NCBI GenBank assembly: GCA_016748015.1
Contig: JAAOMT010000303.1
Span: forward strand, 868,001-932,000
Source: Geosiphon pyriformis uo1
Lineage: Eukaryota > Fungi > Glomeromycota
DNA: 64,000 nt
Reading direction: 5' to 3'
Numbering within the stretch: the stretch's first letter is position 1; each line of letters starts with the position of its first letter. The notes under the pieces were generated by a model, which searched no databases, was not told the origin of the DNA, and saw nothing but the letters and a program-made list of their open reading frames with translations. The translations under genes were made by a program, and so were the position numbers. Of this stretch, positions 27,351 to 37,300 are shown piece by piece.

Positions 27351-28704
27351 TAATATTTATTAAATATTAAAAAATAGCTGGAGTATTATAGAGTTTAAAA
27401 AGTATTATATTAAATTCAAAATTTTTATTTCTGATAGTAAATACAATTTTTTTTGTTAGTAAAATCCATTTCAACTTGTTAATATTTACTGATTAAATTT
27501 AAAAATAAGAACTATTTTTTATTTTTTAGATTATTCAAAATTTTTTGAATAAGAAGAGTTAGATAATTATTTTTTCTGATAATACTATTAAGTTTTTAAT
27601 AATCTATACAGAAACAAATTTTCTTGTTTTTTTTGGTAATCAAAATAACAAGTAAGCACCAAAAGCTTAACAATTTTTTAATTAATCTATTATTTAACAT
27701 CTGTTGTATTTTTTGTTTAATTAAGTTATTACTATTAAATATAACTTGATAGACTTACTATTTAATAAAGTTGATATTTTTAATATTGATTTTATGTTTT
27801 ATAATATTAATTTGTTTGAATTTATTTTCACTAACAAAAATATTAGCATATTGTTTTAAAAAAACTTTTAATTATATTTGCTGTAGTGTACTCAAATTTC
27901 CAAGATTAAGCTTTTAATTTCTTTTAAAATAAATAGGTAACTTTTTTTTAACAGGTTTTATACTTGTAAAGTAATATTGCAGAATAGAAAAAGTTGAACA
28001 AAATTCAGAATAAATTATAATTTTTTGGAATTTTGTATATCTAAAACTATGAAACCAATAAAAATTTTTTTAGGAATTTTGATAATATTTTTAATAAGAT
28101 TGTAAATAAAAATTTTAAAATATTTATAAACTTTATTAGATATATACAGATTTGCAATATTAGTTAAAAAACAGATTTTTAAGACTGCTTTAAACAATAG
28201 AATTTAGTCTTGAATTTTTTAATCAACTTTTATAATATATTATTAATATAAAAAAATAAAAATAACAGTATTAATATAAATAAATTCTACTTAATTACTA
28301 AATTTTTTTATATAATTAACTGGTATGTTTTTTTTCTATTAGACCTAAATTTTTGAATTATTTTAACAATTAAGCTTAATTTTTTCTGGTGTTTACTAAA
28401 ATAAAATAGGATATTTTAACAAGAAGTAAAAAAAATGGCTTAAGCAATTTTTTTTTAAAATTTAATAATATAAGATCAGTCTAAATTATTTTGGAATATT
28501 ACAATAACATTTTCAATATATTTTGCATCTATTATTTCTTTTTTAACATCTATTTTTTTTTGGTAAAACTAAATTTTTTTTATTATGTTTTATGAATAAA
28601 ATTTAAATATTATCTAGTATAATATATCATATAAATAATCTAAACTAAGTGTAAATCATGTAATATCTACATGTAACCAGCCACTCAAGCCAATTAAAAC
28701 AACA

Positions 28705-31700
28705 CTAAGCATCTATATATACTGAAACAGTATTTTCAATGTCTGAAAAAAACAGACAAGACTTATGCAATTCAAAACCAACACCAAATGTCTTAGCAAT
28801 ACCAAGCAATTTAACCATACCAGCAAAAAGCACTAAAGACATTCCAGATACCAAAACAGATGCTAAGCCATTCAATAATATCAGACCATTTTTTTCATAA
28901 AAGCACAATATGTAGTATAGATCAACCAAATTTCATTTCTAAAAGCAAGACAGAAATTATACAAAAAAAAAAAAAAAAAAAAAAGACCAAACAGTGCACT
29001 CTAAGTAGTCACAAAGATGTCCAACAGCTGATGGCAAGTAAAATTGTTAAATACACAAGAAAAAACATAATCTAAGACTTCAAAATTGTCACAAAACATA
29101 CACAACACACTAAAGTAGTGCTTATTATATAGATGTTCCCAAACAGCCACAGGCAGCTGATAATGCAAAGTCTTCATAAAATAAGTATAAATACCAACAG
29201 TTAGTTTACTAGTAAAACCAATAGCCATATGAGAATCGGAGTACTATACCAAAGATAAACTCAGCCAATCAATGTCTGAAACCAAACTTTCCACCAAAAC
29301 CCTAGAGCCAGAACCAATCTTTCAATGTGTACAGTGTACGGACCAAAAAATATTATGAACAAAATGTCTAGAATTACCAGAAACAACACCACTACCAGTC
29401 TTAATAAAATGTTTTTTTAAACAAGAGAAAAAGTGCCAATTAGAAAAAGAAGCAATGTCAGTAAATGTATCAGCATATTTATTACTTAGAAACCCCAAGT
29501 AATCTTTTACTTTATGCTAACTAACATTCAAATTCTTATTTCAAATAACATTTATAATGTGCTGACATTTAATCCAGCATTTATTTTGAAAATCTGAACA
29601 CACTAAACTCAACTCTAATTTGCACATATCTAAAGTGACTTGACTGTCTGTAAATAGTTGAACTAAGCTATGAAAAGAGACATATTTAAAAGCCAATACA
29701 ATAGTTTACAACTCCATTAAAATTGAAAACATCAAGCCAAAAATCCCAACACCCAAATCCAAACTGATATTCTTAAAAAAAACCACAGCTTCAGTCTTTA
29801 TGCCAAGTTTTTTCATGCTTTTCAGAGATCCATTTGTGTAAACAAATAGGTTACTAGCATCAACATTTGACAAATAACTATAAACCAATCCAAAATAATA
29901 AAACTCAAAAATATTCAAAGATTTAAAACCATCCAACATAAAAAAGTAAACTGAAAAAAATGTTATATTACTAAAAAATTTAATGAAAAGCTTGAACCAT
30001 TCAGAAATAAAGCCATGAGAATACAACTTTTTTGATCACTTGAAGATCTTTTAATTAAAAATAGTACTATTATAATCACAAAGTTGTTTCACAAAAGCAA
30101 TACTATATTGTCAAAGTAAAGAGAGAAATTTAAAAAACATAGATTTACCAAGAACAGAAAACATAAAAATTCTACTTAAAAGACAGAAAGAATTGTTTAA
30201 GGGACCACCCAAAGATAAATTATATTTAAAGAAAAGACAAACCACATCTGCCAAAAAGTTATTAGAAGAACTGACCCTAATACAAGTTGAAAAGCTCAAA
30301 GAATAAAATGAATACCAGCACAGAACTTGCAAATCATAAACCTGTATAAAAAAAGACAATTCAAAACACCAACAGAGTTTGCAAAACATATAATGAACAC
30401 TAATTTGCCTTTAGCCTAGATTTGCTCAAAAGTTTTTAAACCATACAAAGAAGAATGGTGGATTGTATTACTGAAAAAGTCAAGAAATAAATCAAATTTT
30501 GATTTCAAGCTCTTATAAATTAAAGCATCTCATTTTCTATACATGCCAATCAGAATAAAACTGAATTATGTTCTATAGCTAATAATAGAATAAAGAATTG
30601 CTAACACCAAATATGAAAATTGCTTATCTGAGATGGCCTTTTTCAGAACTAGATTGGCAAAAAACCTGACATCAGAATGTGCTCAAACCAAGCTAGACTT
30701 TGACAACCTTTTAATAAACAAAAAGATACCCAGATAGTAATAAAATTCCTTCTTTTTGGCAATAGAAATAGGCAAACCACTGACAAACAAAGAAAGACTC
30801 TTCACTCTGCAATTGATAAGAATGACCATTGTTTTGTCATTATTAATAGAAATATTATTGATTTGAAAAAACTCACTAACAATATCTAAAATGTGTTGGG
30901 TAGTAATTTAACTGCTACTAACTCAGATTGTATTATTAACAAAAATCTCAGCAGTAAGAAAAGATGTCAAACCAGCCCAAAATTCTACATAACCAGATTT
31001 GGTAATAAAATAAGAATTCAACCTATATTTACACATATTTTTTTGTCTTTTGACTTTACACAAAAGAAGATCATAAAATATGCACCAAAGGAAAAGCAAG
31101 AACACTTCTTCCTAATTCAAACTATCATGTATTTGATAATCACCAGAAAGTCCAAAGTCAGTCATAACTCTGTTAACACAGCTGTTGTAAATATCACCAA
31201 AAAATCTAATAAATCTACTATATATTTTTAACTTGATCAAACTTTTTTTATGATGCTCTTATTTAACTGAGTCATAAGTCTTTTACATGTTCTACAAAAC
31301 CAACCAAAATTCATAGTCCTTCTCCAAAACATTCTCAATTACTGAACCAATAATAAGAATAGGAAATTGTGTTATTGTACTCTTTAAAACAGAAAAATTA
31401 TTTCTATGAAGAACATTAGAAGTGCTACAAGCCAAAGAGATCCTATCAAAAAAAATTTTGGAAAGAATTTTATGAACAGTTTCAATTAAAGCAATAGGTC
31501 AAGTATTTGTAAAAATGCTTTCTGACTCATATGGTTTGAGAATTATTAAAACCCAAGTTTTTTTTCAGGAATTAGGTACTAATTTACAAGTTAAGTACAA
31601 ATTCAAAAGCACCAAAAATGTATTCAAAACAGATTTGTCACAATGTTTCTAGAGCTTATTGGAAATACCAGAAAGATTGGCAGCTTTGCCATTAGGTAAA

Positions 31701-33247
31701 TCAGAAATCACATTAAACAATTCATTAAAACCAATTGAATACATCACATCTGAAAAGACATCATCAAAAACATACTCCAGTAGTTAATACTAATAAGACC
31801 AATCACAAAAGACATTAGGAACCATTTCACATTTTCTAGTTCATTCCTCTATAATTATATCTACTTTAAACTTAACCAGATCAAGTTCTAAAATCAATTT
31901 GTTTTCAATAACCAAATAGTCTAAAACCACTTTGCAAAAAAGATGCTCTAATATACTTCTGATAGTATAACTTTTGTTTATTTTAAAACTACTCATTTTG
32001 TTGTTAATTGCTGATCTAATCCAGAATTCTTTAGTATGTTTTAATTCTAACATCTTAGAAGAATGGTATAATTTTCTAATTTTAGCCAGAGCAGATTTAA
32101 TGGTATTAAAATATGAGCCCAAAAAAAAAAGAGACTTTACTATAAAAGTATTTACAGTATTAAATTTGTTCTATGTGTTAAGCAACAAAGCAAACTTATT
32201 GCTAGAAACCAGATGAGAAGTTTTAACCAACTTTGAAGTTAAAAATTCCAACTTGTGAAAATAAGAAAATTTCTTAGTAAAAACACTATCATAATTTTTA
32301 AACCAAGACTTTGAGAAAACTTCATTGGCCAAAAGACAAACAACTTTGCAAACAACATTCCACATGCCATTTAAGTCTAAAAAGCAAATAGAATTGGAAA
32401 ACTCATTAGTAAACAAAAACCAATTATTACAGATTAAAATCTTAAACTATTACCATTTGGCACTATTTGAATCTTTGAAATTAAACTTCTACTTATTTTT
32501 ATTTGCTTAAAAATGAGTGGTTCTCAAAATTAGATTCAAGATATTCTCAAGACCAATTGTAACCTAAACAGCACTGTGATCAGTATTAAAAAATTCCTTC
32601 ATGCTTGCTATCTTCTTATCCACCAGTGCATTTGTCAAACTTTGTAAAATAAAAATATAATTAATAGTTTTTTTCACATTTCTTGAATTTTTCTAAGTGG
32701 AAATCTTTACATATGGACTTTTACTCAGAAAATTAACTAAATCCAAATTCATATACTTTTTGAAACTGGCACTTTGCTTAATATTATTCTCATTGAAATT
32801 ACTTCCCAATATAACAAAAATGGTCTCATTGTAAGCTCTAGCAATGAAAAAATTAATAATATTAGCCTGATTTAAGCATTTATTCAAAGAAGTCTTAGCA
32901 TACAGACCCAAAACAACAACTGATTGTTTGTTTTTAAACAATAAATGAATTGACAACAACCAACCCAGAATCTCAGAAATTTTTAAAACATGTTTTGCCA
33001 AATAAACACTCATAATTACAGCAATACCAATATTCAAAGACCCAGAATTTAAATCTGAAGTAAACATTCTGATATCAGAAAATTTATCTGCAATCCAAGA
33101 CTTAATGCCAGAATAAAGCTTAGTTTCAGTAATAATTGAGATGTCATTCTTAGAATTCAAATGCCAATGGACAATATTCCTCTGCTTTGCAGCATTGTTC
33201 ATCTCTTTAATATTGCATGTAACAATTTTTTATACCAGACTACTCAT
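28705..33247 (-). pseudogene. LINE-B ORF2 (APE, RT, RNase H, CCHC)
   Basis: MSSLV*KIVTCN, ITETKL, LGSNFN, TDHSAV, IALIETVHKILSKI, FVNNTI, VYTNGS, TDSQ, CMFCDNFEVLDYVFSC. Confidence 0.88.
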
Positions 33248-33278
33248 TGAAAAAAGAGTTTGGAAAGTACACTACTAG

Positions 33279-34265
33279 TGTTATCAGATGAAATTAGAGA
33301 TATTGTTTAGCATGAAATTACTCTTATAAATCTTATCATTAATTAGCATATATTATCGTTCAAATTATCACTTATTACATTAGCAAAATATCTGAAATTA
33401 TCATTTAATTAATAATCCAATTTGTATATAACACAAATGTAACTTAATTGCAATGATCAATCATGCAATACCCCGAACTATATAACATTCAAAAAGTTCA
33501 CCAAAATTTGTAAAAAATTTGCCAAAATAATTGATAGTTCGCCAAAATATCTAATAATTTGCAGAAATAACTTGTAGTTCACTGAAATGTATCTTTAATT
33601 CAGCGAAATTATAGAAAATAGCAAAGTTCAAGTTCATAGAATAGTGTTACGACAAGTTGTATAAAAGAAGAGCTTCTCTCTTCAAGGAAATGTATCTTAC
33701 TTCAGATTTAATAATTAAAATCATCCTTTATACACAAAAACAAAATAAATATCAAATAAATTTGAAAAGCCAAATTCTTAATTACTTCCTTTGAAATTAA
33801 CCAATTCCTACTAACAGTTGAAATTGATTAGCTACCAATTTCAGTAGACTGTTAAAACACTTCCAGGCCTGGACCCAAAATGACTTCCATAAAATTATCA
33901 GTTTTACTTTTTCTTTTACATTTTTTTTATTCTCTTTCTTTTCTTATTATAAAATCATTTGGGTAGCCTACAGACAAGAATTCCTGTAGAAGAATTGACT
34001 TTCACAGCAAAGTAACTACACATTTTTAGTGAGCTTCCAGATGAGCAATTCCTGGGAAAGAGTTGACATTTACTACAACGTAACTATACAAAGTAACTGG
34101 CACGGAATTGGCCATTTCACTTATAAGCCCAGCAGTTCAAATTATTTCCTATAATTTGAAGGTAAATTCAGTTACTGGAGGTTCAACCACATCCAGAAAA
34201 CGTGAATTCACAGCAAACAGGCATCAACAACATTGAAGAAAAGAGACCAAAAACCTCCAGTAACA
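33279..34265 (+). repeat. E1 5' LTR
   Basis: Ungapped match to 42193-43179; TATAAAA at 33660; ~21-bp spaced repeats at 33495-33612. Confidence 0.97.
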
Positions 34266-34279
34266 TTTGGTGCTCTCCC
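34266..34279 (+). promoter_or_regulatory. E1 primer binding site (ttTGGTGCTCTCcc)
   Basis: TGG complementary to tRNA CCA, 2 nt after the LTR; same motif at 44224 and, decayed, at 58668 on the - strand. The tRNA is not identified. Confidence 0.85.
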
Positions 34280-34310
34280 ACAAAAACAACACAGCAAAAA
34301 CAACTTCAAA

Positions 34311-37300
34311 GTGGTGACCACACCAGACACAACAACTCTAGAGTATTACCAATCAATTTACACCCACTGCAAGCAAAGATTCAACATTCCAGACGGAATT
34401 GAAGTTGTCAAGAAATCAGTATACCAATACATTGAAAACTGCATCAACAATTATCTTTTTGGAAATTACAATATCTCAGAAGTTAGAAGCAACCTTTACA
34501 ATAATTTAATACACTATTCACAATTGAGAACTGAAGACTTTAACAGCAAAACACTTGCCACTTACTTTCAAGAACTTAACTTTAACATTATCAAGTACTG
34601 TGAAGAAACATATCCAGTGCAGTCTCAATATTTTATTGATTTTGAATCAGAAACAGAAACAAGCAACAAAAGCAAACAAAAATTAAAGCAATACTCAAAA
34701 ACCATCCCAAATACCCCAATACTACCAAAAGCAACTGCCAAATACTTACAAACACCTGAACAAGGAACCAGTTCAAAACTTCTACTTACTATCACATCTT
34801 TTTCAGCTTCACTTGCACAAGCACAAACACCTAATTCACTCTTAAATTGATTTGCAAGACTAGAAGATTTTACATCACCCAGAAGTCCCACCAGACAACA
34901 AAAACCCCTTCAAACTAGTTCCAATCTCCTTGACTTTCTAGCTGAAAATCGAAGTGAACACTCTGAGACAGCAGTAAACGAAGAAAACGACTCTAAAATA
35001 TCTGAAGAAGAATCAATAGACAGTGAAAACAAAGAAGACAAAATGACAGCATACATTACAAAAATCCCTGAATTCAATAGAGAAGACATTGAGACCAGTC
35101 CCCAAAAATGGCTCGACCAAGTTACTAAAGCTGGAGATGCAAATGGATGGAATGCTGCCAGAATGTTAAGAACAATTCCCTACTTTCTTAAAGGAACAGC
35201 AGGTAAATGGTTCGAAAACTTGACCACCCTTTTTAATGATTGGACAGCTTTCAAAACTGCCTTCTTAGAACAATTCACTGATAACAACACCTCAATCACA
35301 CTTCAAAATCGTTTTTGCAATATCAAACAAGAACTCTTCAAATCTGTCATGACTTATATTGGGAAATTCAACAAACTTCTCAAACAAATTTGCCAACTCA
35401 AAACAAATGATTATTATTCTGATGCTCAAATCTTGGATCAATTTATCGCTGGTCTAAAAGATAAACTAATTAAAAAAGTTTGCCCACATGCCCCAGAAGA
35501 TTTAAACTCTGCCATACAGTATACAAAAAAATACAAAATGGCCATGGAAGAAACCAATCGCACAAAACTTGTAAATTTGGCAATTGGAGAAACCAGCTCA
35601 GCAGCTAAAGAAAAAATTGACCAACTCACAAAAAAAGTTAAAATCTATTTTACTAATCAACAACAACAGCAACCCCAAAGATATCAACTACCCCAAAAAC
35701 AAAATCAAAATAACTTTGCACCACTTTCTAATAACCAGTCTCAGAATTGCCATTACTGTGAAATCTCTGGCCACTGGAAAAAAGATTGTAGAAAGCTACA
35801 GTGAGACCAACAAAATAGGAGTAATCAATGTTACCCTCCACTACAGCAATCTTATTATCAACCACCACCAGTTTACTATCCACCAAGACTCCAATACCAA
35901 AGTAACTATTATCAGCCTGCCTCACAGCCAATCCAACAGCAATACCAACAACCACCCACACAACATTACCAAGTACCTGCTCAAAGATTGATTCCACAAA
36001 ACCAATTCACACCACAAAACCGATACCAAGTAAACAACAATAGAATTAGTTCGAACAACCAATTGGTTCCTTAAAATTCCGCTTAACCAAGACCCAACCA
36101 CTATCACACTCAACTCAGTTATTTAACAATACCTGAAGAACAGAATTTTCACCATACTGCACTCTTGGAAGGTAGAACTGCAGCACAACAACAAAACCCT
36201 TCCTATACTCCTACCACAATCCCACCAGCCAGAATTGCTGAAAATGCCAATCTTTTAGATATATTTCCCTTTGAATTTGAAGCAAATGAATCACCATTTT
36301 TGCTTAGCAATGCAGTGGCTAATAAGCAAAAAGCCATCACTGCAATGTATACAGAAGCTGAAGTAGAAGGAAAGTCAATTTGCTTGATCCTAAACAGTGA
36401 ATCTGCCAGAAGCATCATTACCTACCAGTTGATGCAACAATTAAAGAGAAATGTTAACTGACCAGCTCAGACAGTAATTGTCACTGCTAATGGCATGAAA
36501 AAAACTCTAGTAAAAGAAATTGACAATTTTCCATTCACTCTTGATGGAATTACCATTTCAGTCAAAGTTCTTGTAATAGATGCTCTCCAGTATCAAGCCC
36601 TTGTCAAAAACAATTGGCTCCAAAAAGCCAATGCAAAATTAGACTGGAAAACCCAAAAACTACAAATCTCTTACCAAGGACAACATGTCCGAGTATTTGC
36701 CACTTGTGGTACATTCAACAAATGCTCTGAAAAAGCCCCAGTTTTTGAATTCGAACCAGAAGAAGAAAAACCAATAATCGAAACATTTATGGCTCTTGGA
36801 TTAATATCCAATTGGGCCAATGAAACTAAACAAGAACATTTTACTCCACACTCTGATCCCAAAACCCCTGGATGGAATATCCTTTACTTAAAGCCTGAAC
36901 TAAGAAAACAATGCCCCTACATTCCTCTTAAATGTAAGGACTGCCACAAGAAACTATCGTCAATGGGAGCCTGCATTTTACCTGAAAAAGAATATGAAAA
37001 TCATACTTGTTACTACTGCAAAGCTTGCCACAGAAAACGATGGGGCCATCTAATAAAAAGAAGTAGAAAATAGGACAACACTCCTTGTTTGACTTGTGGA
37101 GATATGCTACCAGAAGAATGCAATTGGATTGATGTAGCAATGAGAGGAGGAGTCTGTAATCAAACCTGCCAATATGCTTTATTAATTTCAGAAAAAGTCA
37201 AAAAAAAAACACCCTTTGATGCAGCATACAACAGTGCTTTCAACAAACTGTATCATTATCTTCATAATGCCAAAATGATTTTCGACCTAGCAATGGCTTT

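Noticed and set aside
33495-33612. CRISPR-like array
   Set aside because: Period of about 21 bp with ~10-nt spacers, inside a eukaryotic LTR, no cas genes.
33961-34180. Hammerhead, twister or pistol ribozyme in the LTR (cagatgag...gaaa; ttataagccc)
   Set aside because: The core is CAGA(C/T)GAG rather than CUGANGA, and the stems and pseudoknots required for twister or pistol could not be built on either strand. Kept only as an unassigned structure.
35800-36170. Programmed gag-pol frameshift or readthrough
   Set aside because: Gag and Pol are in the same frame, and the stops here are transition-derived and mostly at different positions in E1 and E2.
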